From contig OY762007.1 in NCBI GenBank assembly GCA_963665115.1, positions 4,576,001 through 4,640,000 of the forward strand: DNA of 64,000 nucleotides, read 5' to 3'. This stretch comes from an uncultured Rivularia sp. (lineage in GTDB: Bacteria; Cyanobacteriota; Cyanobacteriia; Cyanobacteriales; Nostocaceae). The position numbers were made by a program, and so were the translations under genes. The stretch's first letter is position 1. Each line of letters opens with the position of its first letter. Of this stretch, positions 1 to 10,561 are shown one piece after another. Under the pieces are notes generated by a model, which did not search any database, was not told the DNA's origin, and saw only the letters and a program-made list of their open reading frames with translations.

Positions 1-2279
1 CGTCTTCCCCGTAAATCTACGGTGTTTTTGGAAGTCTGAATTAAGGGTGTGTTTTCTACAGGAGGCGGTGGTGGTGCTGACTTCGCTGCTGGTTTTGCTT
101 TTGACCGTGGCTGCGTTTTCTCTCCACTTAGAGATTCTACGTCCTCCAACTTTACCGTCATTTTCATAATTCCAAAGCGGACGTTAAACTCCTCATCTTC
201 ATCAGGGGTTGTTAACACTTCTGCGGTTTGCCCCAATCTGGGAATGCGAATCCGTTCGCCAACTTTGGGCATAAAACCCACTTTCTCTTTTGGCGCAGCT
301 TTTGGTATAAATCTGTCTGCTAATTTATTTATATTGTCGGTCGCTTTTTTCGCATCTTGAGCAGTTGGCTTACCTTGTTGCAAGCGTTTAATTACCGCTG
401 CTATTTCACCTTTTGCCGAAGCAATTGCTTGCTGTACTGCTATTTCCTGAGAAGCACGTAAAGATTTTTCCCTTTCTTCTAAGTCTGTGGCTTTTGCATA
501 GACTTCTTTATAAAAACGTTCTGCTTGCTGCAATAAGTCTTGCGCTTGTGCTGCTTTTTCTTCTTGACGACGACGTTGAGCTTCTAATCCGGCTATAACT
601 TGGTTAACTTCATCCGTCGCACCACCCATTTCATCTTTTGCTTTTTCTACTACTTCTGCTTTTAATCCCAAGCGAGAAGCAATTGCTAAGGCATTAGAAC
701 GTCCGGGAATTCCCCAAAGTAAACGGTAAGTTGGTGACAAAGTTGCTTCATCAAATTCTACCGAAGCATTTTCAAAGCGTTCGTCTTGATATTTCAGTGC
801 TTTCAATTCGCCAAAGTGAGTGGTAGCAATTGTCAGCATTGAATTGTCCGCAAGATAACGTAACAAAGCAATCGCTAAAGCACTACCTTCTACAGGATCG
901 GTACCGGCTCCAACTTCGTCGAGAAGAACTAAGGAAGAGGGATGGGGGGAGGGGGAGAGGGGGAGAGTGGGGGAAGTAATTTCATCTTCTTGCTTATCTC
1001 CTTCTCCCCTTGTCTCCTTGTCCCCTTGTCCTGTTCCTTCTCTCGAAACTGCATCCAAAATCCGACTAATCCGGCGGATATGTCCAGAAAAGGTTGATAA
1101 ACTTTGCTCTAAAGATTGTTCATCACCAATATCTGCTAATATTTGGTCAAACCAAGGCAATTCTACCGGCTCTCGGGCTGGTATGAATAAACCGATCTTT
1201 GCCATTAATGTTGCGAAACCCAAGGTTTTAAGAGTTACTGTTTTACCACCAGTGTTTGGTCCTGTAATAGTAACAACTCGAATATATGGATTTATAACTA
1301 AGTTTACCGGAACTACTGGATGTCCTTCTTCGTGATGCTGCTGCCACACTAACAAGGGATGTCGCAATTCCCGTAAGGTGATATTTTCTTCTACAGGATT
1401 GACAAAACGAGGCGGATTAGCTTTCAGCCAAAAGCTATACCGTGCTTTAGCAGCAGCTAAATCTAATGCAGTTGCTACTGCTAATAATTTTTCTAAATCT
1501 GGTTTTACTTCAGCTACTTGTTCTGATAAATTGCGGCGAACTGCTTCTTCTTCTACTTGTTCTCTTCGCAATAATTGACGCAGTTGATTGCCCATAGGGA
1601 CAACGGAATTGGGTTCCACATATAAGGTGGCTCCGGAGGTCGAAGTGTCATGTACGATACCGGGAATTGCATCTTTTTGGGGTGCTTTCACCGGAATTAC
1701 ATATCTGTCGCCACGTTGAGTTATTAACGTTTCTTGAAGGGCGTTCGCCTTCACCTGGATGATGTTTTGCAGCTTGCGAGTGATTTGACTGCGGTTTTGA
1801 CGCAATGAATTCCTAATATCGCCGAGTTTCTCGCTAGCACGGTCTGTTACTTGTCCCCGCTCGTCAATACAGCGATGGATTTCTTTTTCTAATTCTGGAT
1901 AAGTCCTTATATCGGCAACTAATTCGTTTAATATTTCTAAATCTGGGTGGTTGTCGATTAGACGACGTAAATTTCTAATTCCCGCTAAGGTAGTGGCGAT
2001 CGCCAATAACTCATCTCCCGCCAAAATACCTTTGAGTTCGGCTCTTTCTAAGGAATCGCCGAAATCTTGAATCCCTTCAAAAGAAATCCCATTATCTAAA
2101 CGATTTTCTAATTCGTATACTTGTTTCGTTTGTTCTAATAAATATTCGCTTTCTGCTCTCGATTCAGGTATAGCGATGTTACGTGAGGCGATCGCCCCCA
2201 GCTTAGTTGCCGCGAAAGTGGACAAATGCTGGCATAAGCGAGACCATTCCAATAATTCGAGTGTTTCTGATTGGATCAA
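1..2279 (-). CDS. mutS2: Endonuclease MutS2 (3' end runs off the window)
   Basis: Read manually: TTG start, MIQSETLELLEWSRLCQHLSTFAATKLG; Walker A ITGPNTGGKT; LSTFSGH; Walker B LVLLDEVGAGTDP; Smr domain start TVDLRGR at the window edge. Frame is consistent at the points checked. Confidence 0.93.
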   Translation of the reverse strand, partial: MIQSETLELLEWSRLCQHLSTFAATKLGAIASRNIAIPESRAESEYLLEQTKQVYELENRLDNGISFEGIQDFGDSLERAELKGILAGDELLAIATTLAGIRNLRRLIDNHPDLEILNELVADIRTYPELEKEIHRCIDERGQVTDRASEKLGDIRNSLRQNRSQITRKLQNIIQVKANALQETLITQRGDRYVIPVKAPQKDAIPGIVHDTSTSGATLYVEPNSVVPMGNQLRQLLRREQVEEEAVRRNLSEQVAEVKPDLEKLLAVATALDLAAAKARYSFWLKANPPRFVNPVEENITLRELRHPLLVWQQHHEEGHPVVPVNLVINPYIRVVTITGPNTGGKTVTLKTLGFATLMAKIGLFIPAREPVELPWFDQILADIGDEQSLEQSLSTFSGHIRRISRILDAVSREGTGQGDKETRGEGDKQEDEITSPTLPLSPSPHPSSLVLLDEVGAGTDPVEGSALAIALLRYLADNSMLTIATTHFGELKALKYQDERFENASVEFDEATLSPTYRLLWGIPGRSNALAIASRLGLKAEVVEKAKDEMGGATDEVNQVIAGLEAQRRRQEEKAAQAQDLLQQAERFYKEVYAKATDLEEREKSLRASQEIAVQQAIASAKGEIAAVIKRLQQGKPTAQDAKKATDNINKLADRFIPKAAPKEKVGFMPKVGERIRIPRLGQTAEVLTTPDEDEEFNVRFGIMKMTVKLEDVESLSGEKTQPRSKAKPAAKSAPPPPPVENTPLIQTSKNTVDLRGR

Positions 2280-3186
2280 GGCTATTTAAATAATAATGGC
2301 GGAAGTTATGTTAACAATGTTAGCGATTCTAGACGCTTGCGAACCGTATGTCTCTATTTTCTATATTTGATTAAGAATTTTTACTTATACATAGATTTTT
2401 AAACCTGGCTATATATATTCTTCATTTACTTTTGTTTTATCGATAAACATTGCCTATACTTTTTGATACCTTCAAATCCAGCTTTATCTTCAGTAAAAAA
2501 TGCTAGCTGCCGTAGAAGTTAATTAATAAAATTGCTGTTATATCACAATTGTGAATTGATAGATATACAACTAACAAAGTAATATTTATTAAAAAATTAT
2601 TAAAAAAGTTCGCGTACTTCAAGTTGTAAACAATTATAATCTATTTTTGCTTTAGTCCTAAATATCTAACTAAACAACTAAGGGTTAGTTTCAAGATATT
2701 GTTATAATTGTGATTTATAATACTTTTCCAAACTCTAAAATAAAGAATTGTAATTTATAATACTTTTCCAAATAATTAGTTGAGAATAAATACTTGGATT
2801 ATCTTGAGTATTGATAAGAATAATTGTATCAAATATGACTATTTAAAAAGCAATAAAATGAATTAACTTATACATAAAGGTATCTTAAACGATTTTGGTT
2901 TGAATTGATTGTTGCTAGAACGGGAGTTCAAAAATTGCTTCGATAGTGATGACCAAATTAAAATATCAAACAAGCAAAAGCCTACTTATAAGCTTGATGC
3001 AGGATAAATAGAAAAACACTGCTGTTAACTAATAAGACGTAGAGTATGGTTTGACATATTTATCAATGACTTTTCAATGCGATTTTTTCTCTGTTCTACT
3101 TAAAACAATTAGTTTCAAAAAAACCGCTCAAAACACTCCCACAATTTGATACTCTAGCTTAAATACATGAGAATAAGTAAAAGCGC

Positions 3187-4351
3187 GTGGATATTCAAAT
3201 TGGGCGGGGAAAAACAGCCCGTAGGGCTTACGGCATAGATGAAATTGCTTTAGTGCCAGGTACAAGAACATTAGACCCAGCATTAGCAAATACGACATGG
3301 CGTATCGGTAATATTGAGCGAGAAATTCCGATAATCGCCAGTGCAATGGATGGTGTTGTTGATGTTCGTATGGCTGTATGTTTATCAGAAATAGGAGCAT
3401 TAGGAGTACTTAATTTAGAGGGAATCCAAACGCGGTATGACAATCCAGAACCAATTTTAGACCGCATCGCTGGGGTAAATAAAGATGAATTTGTACCCTT
3501 GATGCAAGAACTTTATGCAGAACCAATCAAGCCGGAATTGATCGGGCAGCGAATTCAAGAAATAAAATCGAGCGGTGGTATTGCCGCAGTTAGCGCGACT
3601 CCTGCTGCCGCTAGTAAGTATGGTTCGTTAGTAGCCGAAGCTGGAGCAGATTTGTTTTTTGTGCAAGCTACGGTGGTTTCTACGGCACATCTATCTCCTG
3701 AATCCATAACTCCTTTGGATTTAGCTGAGTTTTGCCGGGAAATGCCCATACCCGTAGCTTTAGGCAACTGTGTCAGCTACGAAGTCACTCTTAACTTAAT
3801 GAAAGCTGGTGCTGCTGCGGTATTAGTCGGAATTGGACCTGGTGCCGCCTGTACTTCCCGTGGAGTCTTGGGAGTAGGTGTTCCTCAAGCAAGTGCGATC
3901 GCCGATTGTGCGGCAGCCCGAGATGACTATTACCAGGAAACTGGAAATTACGTACCAGTAATTGCTGATGGCGGTTTAATCACTGGCGGCGATATCTGTA
4001 AATGTATTGCTTGCGGTGCAGATGGTGTAATGATTGGTTCTCCGCTCGCAAGATGTGCTGAAGCTCCTGGACGGGGCTATCACTGGGGCATGGCTACCCC
4101 ATCGGCTGTATTGCCTCGCGGTACTCGTATTAATGTTGGCACCACTGGTACTTTAGAGCAAATACTAACTGGCCCCAGCACAACTTGATGACGGTACTCA
4201 CAATCTTTTAGGCGCTTTAAAAACAAGCATGGGTACCCTTGGAGCAAAAAATCTAAAAGAGATGCAGCAGGTTGAAGTTGTTATTGCTCCATCACTATTG
4301 ACAGAAGGCAAAGTATATCAAAAAGCTCAACATTTAGGTATGGGTAAATAA
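3187..4351 (+). CDS. guaB: IMP dehydrogenase family protein (cyanobacterial GuaB3 type); apparent +1 frameshift at CCCC 4173-4176
   Basis: ASAMDGV, GIGPGAACTSR and IADGG motifs. Removing one C restores TGPAQLDDGTHNLLGALKTSMG...GMGK* ending at 4351. Syntenic with Yfr1-trxA. Confidence 0.9.
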
Positions 4352-4555
4352 AGGAATTGAGTTCAAAGATATAAGGTATGAGAAATATGCAATAGTTAAC
4401 GATTGCTTGGGATATGACTATTATTCAAAAAAACCATCAATCGTTAACTATTTTCAATTCAATACAGCTAGATGTCCAACATATTCTTAAAGAATTTTTT
4501 CCTTACTTTTAAACTATGACTGGAAAAATCGCATATGTCGCCTACAATAGAAATA

Positions 4556-4624
4556 GCGGAGACGCATGTTTCCGTTCACTCCTCACACCACACTCCGCCC
4601 GGACTATTGTTCGGGCGGTTCCTT
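4556..4624 (+). ncRNA. yfr1: Yfr1 small RNA
   Basis: Conserved ACTCCTCACAC between a 5' hairpin and a GC-rich 3' hairpin (CCGCCCGGAC..GTTCGGGCGG). Canonical guaB-trxA location; TACAAT -10 box at 4543-4548. Confidence 0.92.
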
Positions 4625-4746
4625 ATGTCTTGGAATAAATTTTCACTCTACTCTGTAAATGTATATTCCAAATGCCAAGGCAGTGGTTTTTGCTGTGGTA
4701 GAATTTCACAAAAATCAAAAACATCTGAATTATAAGGTTTTAAGGC

Positions 4747-5070
4747 ATGTCATCAGCCACACAAGTTACAGACTCCAGTTTTAAGCAGGAAGTACTCGAT
4801 AGCGAAGTTCCTGTGCTAGTTGACTTTTGGGCACCCTGGTGTGGTCCGTGTCGCATGGTAGCCCCCGTCGTGGACGAAATTTCCTCACAATACGAGGGTC
4901 AAATTAAAGTTGTAAAAGTTAACACAGACGAGAATCCTAACGTTGCTTCTCAATACGGTATCCGCAGTATTCCCACATTAATGATTTTTAAAGGTGGGCA
5001 AAAAGTTGATATGGTCGTTGGCGCAGTTCCCAAAACTACATTAGCCAATACTTTAGAGAAGTATCTTTAA
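4747..5070 (+). CDS. trxA: Thioredoxin (m-type)
   Basis: WAPWCGPC active site, 107 aa. Confidence 0.97.
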   Translation: MSSATQVTDSSFKQEVLDSEVPVLVDFWAPWCGPCRMVAPVVDEISSQYEGQIKVVKVNTDENPNVASQYGIRSIPTLMIFKGGQKVDMVVGAVPKTTLANTLEKYL

Positions 5071-5118
5071 AAATTGATAAATAGAAGTTTATCAATTAAG
5101 TTAACTTAAAAATTCAAC

Positions 5119-5182
5119 AAACTAGGTTTATTATCTATTGAGTATCGGAATGCCTGATGCTCAATAGATAAACCTAGTTTTT
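5119..5182. terminator. Long inverted repeat downstream of trxA, probable terminator
   Basis: AAACTAGGTTTA..TATCTATTGAG / CTCAATAGATAAACCTAGTTT followed by a T-run. Confidence 0.65.
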
Positions 5183-5504
5183 CTATTAGTGCTAGCCAAA
5201 TGTTAATAACGAGTAGCACGTCTGTTTCAACCAGGACTTATACCAATTCTGGATGAGGCTGCGCTAAATCGCCCTCAAAATTACCATTACCTGAAGTCAG
5301 AGGCTTGAAGCGGCATTGCGGATACTTTTATATTTTTCTCCTTAAAAGAGAGGCTTGTATCCTTAATTAAACAATTCAAAATTAATTCTATTTGAATTTT
5401 GAATTTTGAATTCAAAAAATGATCAGCATATGGTTTGCTCACTTATTAACAAAAGTAAAGGGTTGCATTGGCAACCCTTTCTCAATAGATAAAAATTTCA
5501 AATT

Positions 5505-5966
5505 CTAAGACTGACCAGGTTTTTTCTTTTTCAATTTTTGTTTTCTTCGACGAGTTTGAGTAGCAACTACTGCGCGATCGAGTGGATAACCTACCACCGG
5601 AATCACCTGATATTTACGTTCTTCTTCAAACTTTCTAAGCGATCTATAATCAAGCCAGTGAATGCAATCTACAGGACAAGTATCAATCGCTTCTTGAATT
5701 ACTTCTTCTGAGTCTCCATCTTGACGCATAACGCGGGCACGCCCGTAATCGGATTCTATATAGAAAGTGTTACGAGCAACATGAGAACAGTGTTTGCAGC
5801 CAATGCAAGTAATCTCATCGACATACACGCCCTTTTGACGCAGCACACCGCCTAATTCCGGTTCAAAACCAGAACGTAGAGAGTCTTCCCTTAAAAAACC
5901 CCCTAATTCCGGTTCAAAACCAGAACGACTATCTCGATCATCGTTTGGCGGCGAAAAATCAGACAT
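5505..5966 (-). CDS. Ferredoxin (bacterial Fe-S type)
   Basis: CIGCKHC...CPVDCI motif; N-terminal RSGFEPELGG repeated twice. Confidence 0.88.
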   Translation of the reverse strand: MSDFSPPNDDRDSRSGFEPELGGFLREDSLRSGFEPELGGVLRQKGVYVDEITCIGCKHCSHVARNTFYIESDYGRARVMRQDGDSEEVIQEAIDTCPVDCIHWLDYRSLRKFEEERKYQVIPVVGYPLDRAVVATQTRRRKQKLKKKKPGQS

Positions 5967-6352
5967 TAAGCACTCCAGCGCTGTACTACTAAGCGAATTG
6001 AACCATCTTGATTCTGTTTCTGTTCGCTAACTTGAAAGCCAGCTTTCGCAGTCTCTTCAACTACCGTGCGGTAAGCATAACGCTGTGTAACTTGACGTAA
6101 GAAGCCTTCTACAGAAAGATTTTGTGCCCAGTACTGTAGATCGGCTACTAATTCGTATTCTTTACCATTCCACTTAAAGCCAATATCGTAGCCATTGTCT
6201 TGCTCGATCGCAATCTCAGCAGTATGGCTTATACCTTGATAGCCGCGCAAAGAATGGGAACCACCTTTCCATGCCACACCTAAATCGGTTAGAGCATTTT
6301 TCAAAGATTCAATATTACGAATTTGAGTCTTAATCTGGCTAAAATGTGACAT
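5966..6352 (-). CDS. ycf35: Ycf35 / DUF1257 family protein
   Basis: MSHFSQIKT...ADLQYW...QRYAY family pattern; conserved operon position. Confidence 0.85.
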   Translation of the reverse strand: MSHFSQIKTQIRNIESLKNALTDLGVAWKGGSHSLRGYQGISHTAEIAIEQDNGYDIGFKWNGKEYELVADLQYWAQNLSVEGFLRQVTQRYAYRTVVEETAKAGFQVSEQKQNQDGSIRLVVQRWSA

Positions 6353-6397
6353 AATATCTTGTTAGCAGTGAGATTAAATGATTAAGTTGGTTGAAAA

Positions 6398-6610
6398 TTA
6401 CCAATTGCTGAATGTTGCTTGAGTATTCGCAACATCATTCTGAGAAAACACCTTGGCGGTGAAATATTCTGAGGTTTGCTCTTTTGTAAGCACAATTCCT
6501 AGCTGTGCTTCAATAGCAGCAGTAACTTCAGCGCAAGAAGCACCTATTATTCCAGTGACTTTCTCTTGTACTCTACCGTCTGGATAAATTATAAATTCTA
6601 ATGTCTCCAT
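6398..6610 (-). CDS. DUF2997 family protein
   Basis: METLEFIIYPDGRVQEKVTGIIGASC...TSEYF; first gene of the DUF2997-ycf35-ferredoxin operon. Confidence 0.8.
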   Translation of the reverse strand: METLEFIIYPDGRVQEKVTGIIGASCAEVTAAIEAQLGIVLTKEQTSEYFTAKVFSQNDVANTQATFSNW

Positions 6611-7035
6611 GCTTTCTATCAACCATGTTGATTAAAGTTTCTATATGTTGCTATGAAACCGAATATAAAATCCTGCTCCAAATCGCAACATTTTTCCTTA
6701 ACGAGAAATTTAGTCATTAATTAACTAATTTTCTCTGCTCTGAAATATTTTTATTTAAAAGCGTTACAAAACTTATTATGTTTAGTAGTGTTTACATCAA
6801 TTATATGTAAGTGTCTCTTAATGAAGCACATAAGTCAAGCTGAAAATTAAGCTCTTTAATACAATTATCTCGCAAGGCATAGAGTTGGGCTATGCCTCAA
6901 GGTATAAAAGAAATATATAGAACAGATGGATATAAAACCGATGATTATGATTGATTTATGTATATAAAGGTCGTAAAAAGCTTAATTATCGAATATTTAT
7001 CTAAAACTTTTAAGATAGTTCTCCAGACCATAAAT

Positions 7036-7086
7036 AAAAAGAGAGTGGTGATGTTTCAAGCTTTGATAAACACCATCACTCTTTTT
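7036..7086. terminator. Bidirectional terminator-like hairpin
   Basis: AAAAAGAGAGTGGTG...CACCATCACTCTTTTT with A- and T-tails. Confidence 0.55.
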
Positions 7087-7296
7087 GAGACAGACTTAAA
7101 TGATATGGAAACTGTAGTCCGTAAAACAATAGACATTAAAAAATATTAAATAATATTTCTTTGAATAGTTAATCTGTACCTGAAATATAAATAATAATTA
7201 ATTATGAACTATTTTCATACAACTATAACAAAGGCTTTAGATTGCAATCATGTCTATATTTTCAACCATTTGTGAAAGTAAACTGAGAGATAATTA

Positions 7297-7850
7297 TTAA
7301 TAGCCTAATTGTTCTTCTTCTTTCCTTTCCTCCTCAAATACTAATTCCGAAGTTTGAATAATAAACGGACTCTCAGAACCTAGTAAACCGCGTTTAATTC
7401 GTTCTGAAGTTTCAGGAAAAACTACGAACAAAGGATATATGGTATTAATTCCTTCATTCAAAATATGGCTGTAACGAGGAGGCATAAACCACTCGTAATC
7501 TTTATCCAACCAAACTTGAGTTTGTCGCCATCTTCCTAGCAATTCAGAAAAATCCTCATCGGGGCGATGAATAAATACAAGAATTTCAATCCCCGTTTTA
7601 ATTTTCCATTCTGGATCGCACATCAATATTGCTAAATCGCAGGGTAAGCAAGTTGTCTGCGGTAAATCTTTTTCAGTTTTACGAATACGAATAATTGGTA
7701 GAGGAATTGTAACAAGACTTTCATCTGGACGACGCAAGCTCGGAAGCATTTCCAAATAAGGGGACGATGCTGTTTTAAAAGAGCAACAGCACTATAGCGA
7801 TCGCTATACTCCGCCAAGCTGATTTCGTATTGTGATTTTTGTACAGGCAT
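7297..7850 (-). CDS. Conserved cyanobacterial hypothetical protein; apparent +1 frameshift at 7760-7763
   Basis: Two overlapping ORFs join as ...LLKQHRPYLEMLPSLRRP... when one base of the 4-G run is removed. Confidence 0.75.
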
Positions 7851-7855
7851 AAAGT

Positions 7856-7930
7856 AAGTTAGGAGTTAGGAGTTAGGAGTGTAGAGACGTAGCAGTGCTA
7901 CGTCTCTACAATTAGGAGTTAGGAGTTAAG
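7856..7930. repeat. Heptamer tandem repeats (AGTTAGG) enclosing a short palindromic dispersed repeat GTAGAGACGTAGCAGTGCTACGTCTCTAC
   Basis: Seen directly; a related palindrome lies at ~41231-41257. Confidence 0.8.
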
Positions 7931-8011
7931 AAAGAACAGTGAAGAATTAGGAGTTATTAATTAACTTTTTATTTGATGATTAATCATTGATAACTGTTCA
8001 CTGTTAACTGT

Positions 8012-9241
8012 TTAGCCTAATTCTTCAAATACAGCGAACATTGGTAGGTACATTGACAGCAAAATTACGGCAACCATACCACCAATAACTACAATCATTA
8101 CTGGTTCTAAAACACTAGTCATAGCTTTTACTGCTTGTTCAACTTCATCTTCATAAAAATCGGCAACTTTCATCAACATCCCATCTAATTCTCCCGTTTC
8201 TTCTCCAATACTCATCATTTGAATTGCCATAGGAGGAAAGCAATTTTCTTTTTGCAAAGCGAAACTAATCATTCCCCCTTGCTGTACTTCGTTCCTTGCA
8301 GAATCAATAGCGTTAGCAATTACCTGGTTTCCTGATGTATCTCGGACAATTTCTAAAGAGGTTAAGATTGGTACTCCGGAACGAGTTAAAGAACCAAAGG
8401 TACGGCTAAAACGAGCGATAGCTGATTTTTGAATTAAGTCACCAAATAAAGGTAGTTTTAAAGAAATAGCATCGATATTCAATGTGCCTACAGGAGTCTT
8501 ATAATACATATCAAAAGCTACTTTTGCTCCGACAACAATACCAATAAGAACAAAAAGTCTCCAGCTTGTAAGAACACCACTTATCCACAGCATAAACTGC
8601 GTTAAGGCTGGTAATTCCGTCCCCAAATCTTTGAATATATTGGCGAAAATTGGAATCAGAAAAATAGTCATTGCTAGAAAGATTATTACAGCCAAAGCAC
8701 CCACAACAGTCGGATAAGACATAGCCGATTTGATTTGGTTTTGCAGTCGAGCCGTATCTTCTAATAATTTTGCTAAACGGTTAAGAACTTCATCCAAAAC
8801 ACCCCCAACTTCACCAGCTTGAATCATACTCACATACAAGCCATCAAAACATTGGGGATGCTTCCGCATTGCATCGGAAAGATTAACACCATTTTGTACT
8901 TCACTACTAATATCTAATAGTGCATCTTTTAACTTTGGATTACCACATTGTTCGGAAAGTACTCCCAAACTTCTGACAATTGCAACCCCTGCATTTGTTA
9001 AAGCAGCAAATTGACGGGAAAAAATAGCTTTATCTTTAACTTCAACTTTAACAAGCTTATTTTGCAGTTTTGTTAAATCAAGAGCTCCAGCAAGATCGAA
9101 ACCTTTAAATTCTTTTAAATCCTGGATTACAAAGCCTTGTTGTCTTAACTCAGTGCGAGCATCTGATAAAGAGTTTGCAACAATTTTTTCTTGTTTAGGT
9201 TTCCCTTGTGAATCCCGAACGCTAGCAACGAAAGTTGGCAT
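8012..9241 (-). CDS. pilC: Type IV pilus platform protein PilC
   Basis: T2SSF-type repeats (AGEVGGVLDEVL, GEETGELDGML); downstream of pilB and pilT. Confidence 0.95.
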   Translation of the reverse strand: MPTFVASVRDSQGKPKQEKIVANSLSDARTELRQQGFVIQDLKEFKGFDLAGALDLTKLQNKLVKVEVKDKAIFSRQFAALTNAGVAIVRSLGVLSEQCGNPKLKDALLDISSEVQNGVNLSDAMRKHPQCFDGLYVSMIQAGEVGGVLDEVLNRLAKLLEDTARLQNQIKSAMSYPTVVGALAVIIFLAMTIFLIPIFANIFKDLGTELPALTQFMLWISGVLTSWRLFVLIGIVVGAKVAFDMYYKTPVGTLNIDAISLKLPLFGDLIQKSAIARFSRTFGSLTRSGVPILTSLEIVRDTSGNQVIANAIDSARNEVQQGGMISFALQKENCFPPMAIQMMSIGEETGELDGMLMKVADFYEDEVEQAVKAMTSVLEPVMIVVIGGMVAVILLSMYLPMFAVFEELG

Positions 9242-9357
9242 AATTTATATAGTGTAAATTCAAAAAATTAAAATCTTAATTTGTTCGATGAAAAAATACT
9301 TAGTAGTTAGTAATTGAAATAAAACTGAGAACTAACTACTAGTAGATTGCTTACAAA

Positions 9358-10464
9358 CTAACGTCTTACAGCAGCTTTACCATTTGTTGGTGCAGCACCA
9401 ATTAGACGCTGGATTTCATCCGGCTTGGAAGTTTTTGACATTGCGGCTTCAAAGGAAATGGTTCCTGCTTTGACATAATCAGCAAGAACTTTCTCTAAAG
9501 TTTGCATTCCTACTTTCGCACCAGTTTGAATTGATGAATAAATCTGAGCCGTTTTTCCTTCACGAATCATGTTGGAAATCGCGGGAGTAATAATCATGAT
9601 TTCTTGAGCCATTACTCGACCAAATTCATCCGGCTTGGGGTTTTTCTTGGGTACTAAAGTTTGGCTAAATACGGCAACTAAAGAGTTTGATAACTGTACG
9701 CGAACCTGAGTTTGTCTGTCAGCGGGGAAAACGTCGATGATTCTATCGACAGTTTGTGCTGCTGAAGAAGTGTGCAAGGTACCAAATACTAAGTGACCAG
9801 TTTCTGCTGCGGAGATCGCCAGAGCTATTGTGTCTAAATCTCGCATTTCTCCAATCAAAATAATATCCGGATCTTCACGTAAAGAACCTTTTAAAGCATT
9901 TGCAAAACTCTTTGTATCTTCACCCAGTTGACGTTGGTGAACGAGACTTTTAACTGGCTCGTAAACAAATTCAATCGGATCTTCAATTGTGAGAATATGT
10001 TCTGATTTTGTCCGGTTGATTAAGTCAATCATTGCCGCCAAAGTCGTTGTTTTACCGGAACCCGTGGGACCAGTTACCAATATCATTCCTTTGGGTTTGT
10101 CACACATTTCTCGAACAACATCTGGTAAACCCAATTTATCAAAGTTAGGAATTTTGGAACTTAATGCTCTTAAACAAGCAGCATAAGTACCGCGTTCTTT
10201 GTAAACGTTTACCCGGAAACGCGCCAATCCTTTAACACCGTAAGAACAATCCAACTCCCAATTTTGTTCGAGGATTTTACGTTGAGAGTTATTCAACATA
10301 CTAAAAATTAGTCTCTGACATTGATCTGCGCTTAAAGCTTCTTCTCCAATGGGTGTTAACTTACCGCTGATACGAAAATAAGGAGGTAAACCAGCGGATA
10401 AATGCATATCCGAACCTCCCATTTCAATCATTGTTTCCATCAAATCTTCGATCATCATTTCCAT
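9358..10464 (-). CDS. pilT: Type IV pilus retraction ATPase PilT
   Basis: GPTGSGKTTT, LREDPD..GEMRD, TLHT, AISNMIRE. Confidence 0.96.
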   Translation of the reverse strand: MEMMIEDLMETMIEMGGSDMHLSAGLPPYFRISGKLTPIGEEALSADQCQRLIFSMLNNSQRKILEQNWELDCSYGVKGLARFRVNVYKERGTYAACLRALSSKIPNFDKLGLPDVVREMCDKPKGMILVTGPTGSGKTTTLAAMIDLINRTKSEHILTIEDPIEFVYEPVKSLVHQRQLGEDTKSFANALKGSLREDPDIILIGEMRDLDTIALAISAAETGHLVFGTLHTSSAAQTVDRIIDVFPADRQTQVRVQLSNSLVAVFSQTLVPKKNPKPDEFGRVMAQEIMIITPAISNMIREGKTAQIYSSIQTGAKVGMQTLEKVLADYVKAGTISFEAAMSKTSKPDEIQRLIGAAPTNGKAAVRR

Positions 10465-10561
10465 TTTTCTGCACCTTTTATTTGTTGACTATTGATAGTT
10501 GTTAATTGTTAGTCGTTAATATGAGCGAAACTTATAACTCTTAACTCCTAACTTGTATTAG

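Noticed and set aside
49..1578. Plus-strand ORFs 49-360, 413-598, 967-1335 and 1378-1578
   Set aside because: Antisense shadows of mutS2, which the ORF track missed because it runs off the window.
2706..2772. Mini-CRISPR
   Set aside because: Only two repeats, a 13-nt spacer and no palindrome.
3187..4351. Programmed frameshifting or real pseudogenisation of guaB, dnaJ, yebC and others
   Set aside because: Same +1 homopolymer signature in six unrelated genes, several of them core; an artefact is more parsimonious.
6958..7149. 63-aa ORF in an intergenic region
   Set aside because: AT-rich, spans a terminator-like hairpin, no recognisable motif.
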